Source: Lama guanicoe
Taxonomy: Eukaryota
Length of the DNA: 64,000 bases
Assembly (NCBI GenBank): GCA_013239625.1
Contig: MU053314.1
Location: 19,310-83,309, forward strand
Direction of reading: 5' to 3'
The notes beneath the pieces are model-generated. The model had not been told where the DNA came from. It was given only the letters and a program-made list of their open reading frames with translations, and did not search any database. Each line of letters begins with the position of its first letter. The stretch's first letter is position 1. Shown in pieces: positions 48,319-61,217 of this stretch. The position numbers and the translations under genes are program-made.

Positions 48319-49620
48319 CCAAGTATTCCTCCTTGATTCATGAGAACAGGTCAGTCTCCAAACCTGCACAACCACTCATAGTAAGGTTCAATCCCATCAA
48401 GTCAAAGGAAGTCTAGTTGCTAAGACTCATCACTCTCAGAAACCAGGCAGAATGAGGACCGAGTATTCTCTGCTGTGCGGCTGGTGCTGTAGCAGGAAGT
48501 CCTACAGCTCTGGCCCAGGACACATCAGAGGCACCAGGGACAGAGCGGACAGTTCCAGGAGAGGCATCAGGAAGGACTGCCTGCATGAGACAGCGCTGGG
48601 GCTGAAGGTCACAGTGCAACCTTGAATAGACGTTCACCAGAATCCAGGTGGAGTCAGGAGATGGCGGTGTGAGTGGAGGTGGGGACAGGGAGGAGGTTCC
48701 AAAGAGACAGAACAGAGGGGACAAGGCCTCAGAGGTCCCTTTTGGCTGGAGGACAGGGCTGTGTGCTGTCGTGTGGGAGTGGAGAGGTTCAGGAGAGGGA
48801 AAGTTAAGACATGAGCTGCACAGACATTGAAGGACAGTCACGGAGAGCACTGTTCACACCGCGAAAACATCTGGACTGAATCCCAGGTCCTCTGTTCTCA
48901 GTCACAGGAGTGAGTGGCAGTGTGCACTGAAAATGTCCCCGTCAAGACTGACGAGCCAAGGTCTGAATGTCTCTCTACTCCCTGCTTTGCCCTGAATATG
49001 AGATTCCCATGCAGGTGTGTTTCAGCGTGTTCTGCTGCATGGACAGCAGTGGGATGTCCTCAAGGCTGGCCCACCGGGGTGTGTTCATAACCTCGGTGGT
49101 CCCACAGCTGTCTCTTCCATGTGAAGACCATCCACTCTGGGAGCCAGAGAAGGAAACACACTGAGAAGCACTGCTCTGGGCATGGAGGGTTTTAGGCATA
49201 GAAAGACATGTGCCATGTCTCACCTTTGGAAGGGTCATCCTGGCTGTGAGAACAGGGAGGTGGGAAAGGAGTGTGTGAGGAAGTAGTGGCAGAGGCTGAA
49301 ACAAGGGGACCACATGGAAGGCGCTGTGGGGAGAGGATGGGCAGGCCTGGATGGAAGGGCAGGAGAGAGGATGGGTTAACACATCTGGTAACCATCCCTT
49401 AGAGCTGGCTGTGCTTACAGCCCTGAAACCCGTTCAGAACAGCTGTTGTCAGACAGGAGTAGAGCTGGCTGGGGCGACTGAAGTCCTTCAGGAGGGTTGA
49501 GGGCACTAGGACCTGAGCCAAAGGAGAACCACAAACCGGTGCCCCAAGGTGAGAGCATGCCCCACAGAGAGGGAGGCCAAGACTTTGGCAGGGCTTCCTC
49601 CCAGGGCTCCCCAAATCCTA

Positions 49621-49670
49621 CATTCACTAGGGATCTAACCATCACATTCACTAGAGATCTAACCATCACA
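49621..49670. repeat. 24-bp tandem duplication
   Basis: cattcactag(g/a)gatctaaccatca, two copies. Confidence 0.9.
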
Positions 49671-51619
49671 CTGAGTTACCCGTTGAAACCTACATGCTTG
49701 CGGCACCAAACTGCCCGTTCGCGAGGCTGTTACTTCAAAGTCTACAGTCTTGAGCCTCTCAGGTTGTCCCTGAGTGTGACTCAAACACCAAAAGATGGCA
49801 AAGGACTAAAATGCTGCATGAGAGTTGAATTTGGAGGAACAGGGGTATACGGACCCCAGCCCCAGATCGGCCACGAAAAAGTGAAATGTGAGGCCTTTAC
49901 TGATGTTCCTACTGGTATGAGACACTGAGGATAATTTTATTAACTTCATGAGCAATATGTATGTGATTTTTCTGTCTCTTTTCAGTTCCAGATAATAACT
50001 TTGAAATTTTTCTATTAGTTAAAGAAATCCATTCATTATTTACTCAAGGGGCAAATTCTAGAACCAATTTTAAATCTACGAAATACTTGTGATCTTCTGC
50101 ACAGTGAGTTTATGAGACAGTTTATTCTGTCTTTCAAAAAGGGAGTATTTTTAATTCTTCTGTCAAAATCTAAATTCACAAATGACTAGAAACAAAGACT
50201 ATACTTTGAGTCCTTGTGGTAAGAATTCAAGTTGAAACGACCGGCACTGGAACTGACTTTGCCTCAGACAAGTGATACTGCTTCTGAATCTGTCCATTTT
50301 CAAGGCAAAAAGAATCATTTTACCATATATACATGATTTTTCACAATTTCCAGTTTGCTCTAAGACATGAAACAATCAGGAACGCGTACATAAAAAAGGG
50401 CTTGCTTTAAAGGGTGTGCCTGCTGAGAGACTCCTGACACAGTACCTCTCGCTCTCTGAAAGGGCTGAGCGGCTGGACTAGGTTAGCTGAGAACAGACCT
50501 CAAACACCAGTGAGTTAAACTACATTCCACTGAAAGCAACCGGTATTCACTGCGAACATGCCACTTGCTGCAGTTCAGTTCTGCCTTTACCTGCGAGGGG
50601 CTCCTGAGGAAGTTGCCCCTCCAGCCTGTGACACCCTTTTTGTTTCTTCCTTTACATGGTGGAGACTGGCACTCAGCTCAGACGGTATCACTCTCTTGCT
50701 TAGAAACATGGTATGTCCCTTGGCCACCAGCTCACTCCTCACCTCCACCTCTGTGTCTCAGCTGAGTCGCTTCAAGCGGGGCCCTCACCTGCTCACACGC
50801 AGGGTGGGAAGCTGTGCCAACAACTCAGGACCCTGTCTCCACCCCTACACCCTCCACTACAGGCAAACCCCATTTGTCTGCGCTGTCTCTCTTCAGTTTT
50901 CCTAATACAAACAACAAATATGACCCAAGTAGTGATTTCGGGAATCTGCTTAATTCATACATGTCCTGTATTTGTTTAAAAACAAGTTTCATCACATTAA
51001 TTATATGTAAAGCCGGGTCATTCAGCCAAAAATTTCATGAATGAATTTTTTAAAGAAATCATTTAACTTAAGTGACATCACCAGTAAATGAGAACATTGT
51101 AAAAAGAAGTCTCACTACACAGAAAATCACGTCTGGTTTTGATGTTCCTTCTGCAGACAAGGGATGTAAAATATAATTAGAAGGATACGAACTGCGGCCA
51201 CAGAATAACTACTTGGTTCGGCAGCATATTACAAAACAGTAATATACCGACAGAGTCAAATTCCCCAGAACATAAGGTACTAGTGATAAATTAAAACGCA
51301 GTATATGCCAGGGAGTTTGGGAAAGAAGTTCTTAGCGTAGACTGATGCCATCAGAGAGACTGATGTCCGGTGGAAGGACCTCTTAGAATGTGGTTGAGCA
51401 CAAATATTTGAAAAAAAACTCCACTGGAAAGGTCAGATTACCTTAAAATAGATTAATATAAATCCACAAGGATATCATAAGCACTTGAAGAAAGTTTTAT
51501 ACCCCAAAGCAATTAATCAAACAATTTTTTCAAACAATTGTTTAATTCAGGGGACAAAGTTAAAACTATTAGTTGAACTGTTTTTATAGCTTAACTGGTC
51601 AGATCAGTCAAAACTGGTG

Positions 51620-51965
51620 GCAGACTGGTGGTTGTCAGGGGCTGGTGGGAGGTTGGGGTGGAATCCGGGGATGTCAGTGAAGGATACAAACTCCCAGTTG
51701 TGAGGTGAATGGTCCTGGGGTGTGATGTTCAGCACGGTGACTGCAGCCAACAATGCTGTGTTATACACATGAAAGTTACTTAGAGTAGGTCTCAGATGTC
51801 CTCACAAAAAAAAAAAAGGGAACCGTGTGAGGCGATGGGTGTGAACTAACCTTACCGTGGAGATCATTTCACAATATATACTATGCATATCACATTATCA
51901 TGTTGTGCACCGTAAACTTACACAATGGTACACGTCAATTATATCCCAGGAAAACTGGAAAAATA
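51620..51965 (+). mobile_element. L1MA9/10-like 3' end
   Basis: ggatacaaactcccagtt … cagcacggtgactgcag … gatcatttcacaatatata … tcaattatatccc. Confidence 0.88.
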
Positions 51966-53939
51966 GGATCATTAAAAGACAAAGGCAGCACTCCAACGAG
52001 GAAGTAAACAAAAGGAACACTAAGTATGTGCCTCATGTGGAATAATGTTGCTGACGTGAGCTTAACTGAAGCATAATAATTGACATAAAGTGAATATAAT
52101 GATTTAATTAGCTATATAAATCGGCTTGAATGACAAACATTTACTCGAAAGTTGTGTTTTTTGGATTACTAAAAATTCCCAATTTTTTTTTTTACTTTTA
52201 GTGTTGAATTTATTTCCAAAACATTTTTAATGTATGATTTTAAGGCCAGTTAATAAGGAGATCATTTTAGGTGCCAAAGGAGATTAAGAGCTGTCAACGA
52301 GAAAAAAGAAAACATTTTTGCATATCATAAAAATACACTGCACTCGTAGCCTGTATGAGGATTAAGAAAAAACTGCGGACTTTTAAATTCCACCTACAGA
52401 TTGTGTCTGATAAATCACTGTAGGCATTTCTAGCTTTCCTTATATATAACTGGCAGAACTTTTTTTTTCTTCCTTTTTCTTATTTTTTTTTCACAAGACA
52501 GTTTCATTTTATAGCACTTACTCCAGTAGAAAATTCTGAGGGATCCTAGTCTGGCCAGTAATGAAACGTTTTGTTTTGTGGGGACACTTGCACACTCAGT
52601 GCTGAAAACGGCCTAGATAATTACACATATTTAACACTATGTCCCAATTTTTTCAAATACATTTTCTTTTCTGTTTCAAAGCAGCCCTTTGGCTGAGAGC
52701 ACTCAGCCAGATTAAGGTCACAAGGCAATAAATGGTACTGTCCCCACAAGACTTGTCCAAACAAGTCTTCCAACTCCTGAAACAGGGGAAAGAAAGTATA
52801 TCTTCCCCATGCCTCAGAAAACCTTTAATTTTCCCGATGAAAAAACTGAGAACAAACTACACAGACACAAAGGATTTGGTAAAAGGCAGTGACAAATAGC
52901 AGAAAAGAAAAAAAAAAAGTTCACATTTAAAGGTACAGCACTTCTTTCTAAAGTTTAAATTTTAAATTCCTCCAGGATTAGAGTCAAAAGAAAATGACTG
53001 AGGTGAAGAGAACTCAGTCTGGGGATGTGCTTTAGAATCTGCTCTCTGCACTTAATTCAGGAAATAAAAGAAGAACCAAAGTCTGTTTTCCTCAGAGAGC
53101 CTCACCCAGGGGAGCTGGTGCGTGAACAAGAGAGGAAACTCACATGTGTCCCCACCAGTAGCTTCAAGAGCTGAGGGTGGGCTCAAGGGAACGTGGGGCC
53201 TAGATCACTGCCAACAAGCTGGAGGTATCAGAAGCAAACTGGACATTCGTTTGCAAACGCAGGCACTGGCATAGTACGATGTAGACAACTTTGTGTTTCT
53301 CATTAGTCAAGTGGAATCCAAACTGAGTTCAATTCTTAGTTTTAACTCAAGTGAACAGTGTTTTAATCTCCCCAAAATCTTTTCATAACTATTTTGGTTT
53401 TGGCATATGCCTATTTCTTAGACTAGAAATTATGGTCCAGTCTTTTTCTCACTAATTAATGCATCAATGAGACAAGCGGAATTTTCCACTGTTACCAAAT
53501 GGGCTCCAGGAAACTTCCTCTTCAGCTGAGATGTTACTGCTGCAGAAGAGCTTGGAGAACTTCTGCGTTCTGGAGGCCCGGGAGACCCGTCTGCTATGGG
53601 AAGGCATTTTCCCGGTATTTCTGGGCACTGACAACAAACTGGAGAGCTCCTCATCTTTATAAACCTTAACTGGCAGCTCCTGGCTAAGTGCCACCCTACA
53701 GAGCCCAGTGCTGGCTGGTTCTGCTGGAATGAGAGACCATGTGGACTCAAAGCCTAACTCACATGTTCTGCCGTTTTATTACTGGCAAGAAGGAGTATGC
53801 AAATGAGTGTCAGTCAGGGTTTTATGTTTTCCTATGTAGCCTCAAGCTTCTGCTGAAAAAATCTTCACCCTGCCTAAACCACCCGGATTTCTACAAGCCC
53901 CATAACCCAAATTCAAATATTTCAATTTTATCTAATACA

Positions 53940-54492
53940 ATTTTCGGGCCCCTGATATGTTTAAAAAAAAAAAAGCCGTGATGGGAAGTGCATCTTCTAA
54001 TTCATGTCAGCGGCAGGAATCTCCACAGCACACTTCTTTTCAGTCCCTATAAATGGTCTAATTCCTGAGAAAATGCTCACTGTTTATTAAGAAGATGGGT
54101 ATTTATTTGACTTTTACACTTTTCCATTGTTAGTCCTAGTTTCTCAGTTTCCTAGATGCATAAGAGATGCCAGCATAGGAGAGGCCAATGGACTAAAAGG
54201 AATTCAACCAAGTCAGATTTTCGGGCCCCTGATATGTTTAAAAAAAAAAAAAGCCGTGATGGGAAGTGCATCTTCTAATTCACGTCAGCGGCAGGAATCC
54301 CCACAGCACACTTCTTTTCAGTCCCTATAAATGGTCTAATTCCTGAGAAAATGCTCACTGTTTATTAAGAAGATGGGTACTTATTTGACTTTTACACTTT
54401 TCCATTGTTAGTCCTAGTTTCTCAGTTTCCTAGATGCATAAGAGATGCCAGCATAGGAGAGGCCAATGGACTAAAAGGAATTCAACCAAGTC
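53940..54492. repeat. Tandem duplication of ~277 bp (53940-54214 / 54217-54492)
   Basis: Direct comparison; about three substitutions and a poly-A length difference. Confidence 0.96.
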
Positions 54493-54656
54493 CGTTCTCT
54501 GCAATAAACATGCAATTAACACATCTGTTTAACAGAATTGTGTGTGTATCTTAGAGTCATTTAAAAACATAGAATATACTTTTGTTTTTATCTGGAAAAA
54601 ATTGTTGAACGCTGGTGTGAATTACTGCAGCCCCTCTCTCTGACTCCCCTTACCAG

Positions 54657-54738
54657 GTGCAGGGGACCATCTTCCCCGCCCCCAATTTCAATCCTGTGAT
54701 GGACGCCCAGGTGCTGGAGGGAGCGCTCCAGGGATTTG
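54657..54738 (+). CDS. ANXA10: Annexin A10 coding exon 2 (VQGTIFPAPNFNPVMDAQVLEGALQGF+g)
   Basis: Pyrimidine tract + CCAG acceptor, 82 nt, GTAAGC donor at 54739. Phase 0 join to exon 1. Peptide is recognisably ANXA10. Confidence 0.96.
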
Positions 54739-55249
54739 GTAAGCCGGGAGGTTTCCAGTGCCTCTCACTGTCACCATCCCACTCTGCCCGTTCTAAGACT
54801 GTAATGTGGGTGTGAAGAGCTGATGTCTAACAGAGGCCAACACAGCTTAACATGCAAAGCTGGGAAAAGCAGCAGAATGAGAAAAATAACAGAAAAGGGC
54901 AACAGTGGTGACGAGATTTCCCTATCGCAATTGCAAATCCGACCTCGACACGCTTTTGCCTTAAATTCTTAAACGTCTCATCACTACTGAATGAAATCCC
55001 AAACCAAAACACCTGATCTGGGATAAACAGCCTTTTGGCTCTGGTTGTTTTCTAGCCTGTTTCCTCTGCTACTTCCTCGTGCAGCCAAATCAAAGTTCCT
55101 GCCGCTCCCCCAGGGGATCTGCTTCTCCACATCCCCGCAAACTGGCCCGGGGTCCCCCGCCTGGAAGGCTGTTTTCTAATTCCACCTACTTGGCATCCAA
55201 ATTTTCCTCCTTCAAGAATCCCTTCAAGTGAGCCTTCCTCCTAGAACCC

Positions 55250-56003
55250 TCCTTTGCCCTCCAAGCTCACAGCGCAAGCCCGGCCCTCTGCTTCCAGACT
55301 CTCCCACCCTTGACCCCACTTCCACTGGGCTCATCCTTCGTGTCTCTTACCACCTGGTCGGTGAACTCCCGGAGTGCAGAGCCTGGGTGCAGGTGATTAC
55401 AAGTGGATGAGATCAGAGTTTAGGAAAGGAATACACAGAGAAGGGGGGAACCTGCTGTGTTCTTCTAACAACGATTTCATCCTTAAGATGTGATGGGGAG
55501 TGTTAAAGATCCATTTATTTTTCTTAGTACAATCTGTTTTAAGGAAACTTCTGGTGAGTACGAAGATAAACACTGACAACAGAAAGGAAACGTCGGCATA
55601 AAATATGTGAAGACTTTAGTTAAGAATTCCTTTGCCCTCCAAGCTCACAGCGTAAGCCCGCACTCTGCTTCCAGACTCTCCCACCCTTGACCCCACTTCC
55701 ACTGGGCTCATCCTTTGTGTCTCTTACCACCTGGTCGATGAACTCCTGGAGCGCAGAGCCTGGGTGCAGGTGATTATAAGTGGATGAGATCAGAGTTTAG
55801 GAAAGGAATACATAGAGAAGGGGGGAACCTGTTGTGTTCTTCTAAATACGATTCCATCCTTAAGATGTGATGGGGAGTGTTAAAGATCCATTTATTTTTC
55901 TTGGTACAATCTGTTTTAAGGAAACTTCTGGTGAGTACGAAGATAAACACTGACAACAGAAAGGAAACGTCGGCATAAAATATGTGAAGACTTTAGTTAA
56001 GAA
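55250..56003. repeat. Tandem duplication of ~378 bp (55250-55626 / 55628-56003)
   Basis: Direct comparison. Confidence 0.96.
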
Positions 56004-57344
56004 AGCAAAGCTCCTCACTTTGAAGACAAGGTTGCCCTCATGACAGCTCTGCTCTGCGTGTGTGTGTGTGTCCACCAGCAGAACCCCAGAGAGAAAACAA
56101 TAAATGACTTTGAACATTATCTGAAGTCGACTTAGGAGTCCGCAATGATTCCACGCCTTTTAAAACATCAGTCATCACTAGAAATATAGAGACAACGTAA
56201 CGAAAAGTTAGATTAATTTTTTTAAGAGAGTAATTTTTGCTTTAAAACTATAGATCAGAGAAATCTATTCACTGAAAAAAATTTTTTTCTTCACTTTAGT
56301 TTCAATTTTCTTGTCATTGAAATTTTGGTGTCAGAATATTGACTCATTTTGACCCTGGGAATTTCTGCTTGTCAGGGTCTGAGCTGAAGAACTTCAGGAG
56401 GTTTTCTGGCAGAATGTCAATTCTTGCATGCCAGAGCAAAATACAGCTCGAAATGCCTTAAAAGCCTGCCCACCCCCGGCAGAGTACAATTAAAGGAGAG
56501 AATTGCTAATGTTTCCCTTGGCCATTGTGGGTTTTCCCCAGCTTTGTGGAGACATAATTGAGAAATAACATTGTGTGAGTTTATGGTGCACAATGTGATG
56601 ATTTGATACACGCATGTTCTGCTGAATGATGAACACAGTAAGGTTAGTTCACAGGTAATCTGCATAAAATATGTGAAGACTTTGGTTAAGAAAGCAAAGC
56701 TCCTCACTTTGAAGACAAGGCTGCCCTTATGACAGATCTGCTCTGCGTGTGTGTGTGTGTCCACCAGCAGAACCCCAGAGAGAAAACAATAAATGACTTT
56801 GAACATGATCTGAAGTCGACTTAGGAGTCCGCAATGATTCCACGCCTTTTAAAACATCAGTCATCACTAGAAATATAGAGACAACGTAACGAAAAGTTAG
56901 ATTAATTTTTTTAAGAGTAATTTTTGCTTTAAAACTATAGATCAGAGAAATTTATTCACTGAAAAAAATTTTTTTCTTCACTTTAGTTTCAATTTTCTTG
57001 TCATTGAAATTTTGGCGTCAGAAAATTGACTCATTTTGACCCTGGGAATTTTCTGCTTGTCAGGGTCTGAGCTGAAGAATTTCAGGAGGTTTTCTGGCAG
57101 AATGTCAATTCCTGCATGCCAGAGCAAAATACAGTTCGAAATGCCTTAAAAGCCTGCCCACCCCCGGCAGAGTACAATTAAGGGAGAGAATTGCTAATGT
57201 TTCCCTTGGCCATTGTGGGTTTTCCCCAGGTTTGTGGAGACATAATTGAGAAATAACATTGTGTGAGTTTATGGTGCACAATGTGATGATTTGATACACG
57301 CATGTTCTGCTGAATGATGAACACAGTAAGGTTAGTTCACAGGT
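55973..57344. repeat. Tandem duplication of ~685 bp (55973-56656 / 56662-57344)
   Basis: Direct comparison; the first copy ends abruptly inside an L1. Confidence 0.96.
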
Positions 57345-58320
57345 CCTTCTTTGCACACAATGAACACTTCTGTTAATATGGTGAGACGTTCACCATGGAC
57401 TCTCAGCAACCTTCAAGTGCTGTTTACTGCAGAACCTGTGCTGCCCCTCACACTCCAGGACGTATTCCTCTCATACCTAGAAGCTTGGCCCCTTTGACTG
57501 TCAGGTCCCCATTTCCTCCACCCTTCCGGCCCCTCGCTATTTCTGTGAATTCAGCTTTTTGGGATGCCACATATAAGTGAGATCACACAACATCTGTATT
57601 TCTCTGCCTTATTTCACTTAGCATAATACCTTCCAGATTCAACCATGTTGTCACAGACAGCAAGCTTTCCTCCTTTTATGGCTGAATGACATTCCCTTGT
57701 GTGTCTAGCACATTTCCTTTATTCACTGCTTTGTGGATGGACACCTAAGTGGTCTCCTGGTCTCAGCTATTGTGAACGGTGCTGTAAGGAACATGAGGGT
57801 GGAGATGGCACTTCAAGATAGCGACTTCATTTCTTTGGATGAACACTCAAATCTGGAACTGCTGAATCCTATGGTGGCTCTATTTTAAGTTTTTTGAGGA
57901 ACCTCCATAATGTGTTCCATAGAGGGTGCACCAATGTACATTCCCACCAGCAGGGCACACGGGTTCCCTCTTCTGCACATCCTCACCAGCACTGGTTCTC
58001 TCTTATCTTCTGGGTAACGGCCATTCTGACACGTGTGAGGTGGCACCTCCCTGTGGTTCTGAGTTGCATTTCCCTCATGATTAGTGATGCTGAACATCTT
58101 ATCACGTACTTCTTGGCTATTTGTATTTATGCTTGGGAAAAATGTCTATTCAGGCCCTTTGCCCATTTTTCAATCAGACTGTTTGTTTTATGCTATTGAG
58201 TTGTTTGAGTTCCCGATATCAACTCTGTATCAGATTTCTCCCGTCTGCAGGCTGCTTCTTCGCTCCTGCTGTGCCAAAGCTTTTGAGTGGGACGTCGCCC
58301 CACTTGTTGATTTCTGACTT
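57220..58320 (-). mobile_element. L1MA9-like 3' UTR plus ORF2 end
   Basis: cttatttcacttagcataatacc, ttttgaggaacctccat, ccattctgacacgtgtgaggtgg. Confidence 0.93.
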
Positions 58321-58979
58321 GGCTACTGTGATTTACTTACAGAAATCAGAAAGCAAAAATATACTCTGAAGCAAATAAAAATGAGAGGTTTTGACAAAAC
58401 TCCTCTTAAGTTGTACAATTCACCAATGAGACGGGAAAGCATTGCCTGTCCGACGACCCCTCTGAGGGTACAGCCCCCTTTCCAGCTCCCACTGCGACAA
58501 GCTGCTTCCTCTGCGTACACTCAGGGGACAGCTGTGCTCATTTTGTCTCAGGTGACGTATGTAATTTCCAGATCATCCCTGTGAGATTCTGGATAATGGA
58601 AACTGGTTTTAACCTACACGCCTAAATCAGGGCCAAACTGCATACAAATCAAAACCAATCTTTCTGAAACTCGCAGTGCTATTTAGACTAGATCCCCTCA
58701 CCTTGTTCCTGACCTTTCGCGCAAGTATGATTTTAGCTGTGGGGTGCGTGTAGATGTTCTGGATAAAAGTGGGGGGAAGTTCCCTTTTGTTTCCAGTTGC
58801 TGAATTTTCCTTTATTTCCCCTAGAAGCCATAGTTCAGCATTTACTAAGCCACATTCACAGTGACTTTGCAGACGCCCACTGTGAGTAATAAGAACCAGC
58901 TGCACATCATAAACACCTACAAAAGTGCCATGTTTCACTGCACCAGGCTTTCCTGTTACATCATAAAATAAGAATTATC

Positions 58980-59600
58980 TAGAAACCTCATTGGCCTAAT
59001 GCGATAGGACAAGAAAGAGAAAAAGATTCCATTATCCTAAAGAAGAAATCAAAATCATTGTATTTGCGGGGACATGATTATATACCTTAAAATCCAAGGT
59101 AGTCAAGTAAAAAATTATTAAAAGTCAAGAGAGTGCAATAATTTTTCTGGATACAAGATCAACATAAAATTCAGTATCATTTATTTTATGAAGCACTTAT
59201 GTGTTAAGAAACAAAATAAAAATAACTAGAAATATCAATAGAAGTGCAAATATGAAGAATTTTAACAAAATAAAGTTTCTTGTCCTTTGCAAAAAGCTCT
59301 ACAAATCTTGACTCTTTTAGAAAAGAAAAACACCTAAATAACTCAGCAGATACGTCACGTTAGGGACAGAGAGACAATATGTCTAAACTGACCCCTAAGT
59401 TTATGGTTATTTTAATTAAAATTTTTGAGCTCCACATGAAATTATTCTGAAATATCTCTAGAAGGATAAGTGAGCAAGAATTGCTATGAACTTTGAAAAA
59501 TGAATTGTGACTCAGAAAGGCAGGTTGTGGATAATCTCAACAGAACAACAACAAACACCAGAAGACCCTATTAATTACGTAAGTGTGATGATGGCAGAAA
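58980..59600 (+). mobile_element. Old L1 ORF2 remnant
   Basis: tatttgcggggacatgattatatac (FADDMI-like), ggatacaagatcaacata. Confidence 0.75.
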
Positions 59601-60082
59601 CGACAGTGGATGTAACTAAAAACCTTCTATTTATTACTAAAAAGACGTCCATTTGGGGCCGCCCCTCCTGCAGGTAACAGACCCGTCTAGAACCACTCGG
59701 GTCCTCTGGGTCCAGGGCTGACCAGGAGCCCAGGGCACGGTGCCGTCTGTGCTCTCCACAGCGGCTGCCTTGCTTCTCACAAACCGTAAACCTCAGCCTT
59801 CGGAGCTGACTCTACGCCTCCCTCCCTCCGTTCTGCAGCTTCCAGACGGTTTCCCTCGGCTGCATAAACACCTGCCTGCTGGTTCTCATAGGCACGGTCA
59901 TCTGTGTAGTTCCAAGTCCCCCGCTCTCTCTCTCTCTCGCTGGGCATTTCAGCACCTGAGTCTAAGCTTTCCTGTGACCCTACCACTCGTGTCCAGGAGG
60001 CCTTCAGTTTCCAAAAAAGAGAGTCTGCTTACCATCCTAGCCCTTCAACTCTGTCTCCTCATCTACACAAAACAGCTCCTTT

Positions 60083-60530
60083 TGTCAAAGAAAAACTGCG
60101 CCGCACAGAATTAAACAGGCAGGGAATGACTTAAAGACTCTGAGAGACTGAGCTCAACTCAGAAAACAGGAACAGTGTGAGCACCGGGTGAGCGAGGGGG
60201 CAAGTTCTGGAGGACGCTGGGGGTGTCGCTGGTCCGTGCTTGCTAACAGGTACTTAGGGGAGGGAGGGTCTGGCCCTGCGCAGAGCCCTGCGACAGGGGG
60301 TCTATCTTTATTGGCGATTATATTTCAAAGGAATTGACCCCAAGTCCTCAAGAAAGGCATTTCTGGGCTGTAAAACTGGCAGGTGGTTGAGAGAAGGTTT
60401 ACATCTCAAAGGAGTAGAGAGAATTCACACTGCAAGCTTTCCAAAGTAAATGCTCCCTGAAAAAAAAGAAAAGAAAAACAAAAAACAAACAAAACCCAAG
60501 AGCCTGTCACCAGGAAAGCCTGTCTGCATG
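60083..60530 (-). mobile_element. ERV1-type LTR remnant
   Basis: tgtcaaagaaaaac … ctgagctcaactc … aagtcctcaagaaag … tttacatctcaaagg. Family not determined. Confidence 0.5.
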
Positions 60531-61122
60531 GTGGCCGGGCCACGGGAAGCGCTGAGGACTTCCTGGTCAGTCGGCCACGACCACGGTTACAGCTAGGTTC
60601 ACCTGGATCACTTGTGCACTCAGCGGGAGCCTCTGTTCTGGGAGAGGCACCCCCACCCTCAGGAGGGGCACACCCCCATCCTTTCACAGCCCCCATCCCT
60701 ACTCTTCCTCCTCCTGGAGGGTGACCCACAGCAGGGATTTTTGTCTGCAAGTCCGCTCACTGAGTTGCATCCTTCCTGCTGTGAAGTGAGAAGGATGCTA
60801 TGGCCACTGAGACACAAATCAGCTTGAAGCCCAGGGAAGCCTTAGTTGGTGGGGTGGGAGAGGTGGCTGCAGACAGGCCACATTCTTTCCCACCCTGTGT
60901 TTCTATTGGATCTTTTTAAAGGGGAAGTCTGTAGACACAAGGAGAGATGGGAGGAAGCTCAGTCCAGCAGGGGCTGCCCTGCAATTTGCCTTTTAGTCGG
61001 AACCGCTCCCTGCTTTACAGCATCACCGGGACCGCCCCCGTGCTGGTTCTGATCCCCAGAGGACGGGCTTTCCTGGCTACGGAGCAGCACCCCTACAACT
61101 TTCCTATTACGCTGTTTTCCAG

Positions 61123-61217
61123 ACTGCGACAAGGACCTGCTGCTGGACATTCTGACGCAGCGCAGCGGCGCGCAGAGGCAGGTGATCGCCGAGGCCTACC
61201 AGGGCATGTGCGGCCGG
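61123..61217 (+). CDS. ANXA10: Annexin A10 coding exon 3 (DCDKDLLLDILTQRSGAQRQVIAEAYQGMCGR); gene continues beyond the window
   Basis: TTTTCCAG acceptor, 95 nt, GTAAGT donor at 61218. Phase 1 join gives GAC (Asp). Annexin repeat 1 pattern IL..R...QR..I...Y. I could not find exon 4 before 64000. Confidence 0.96.
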
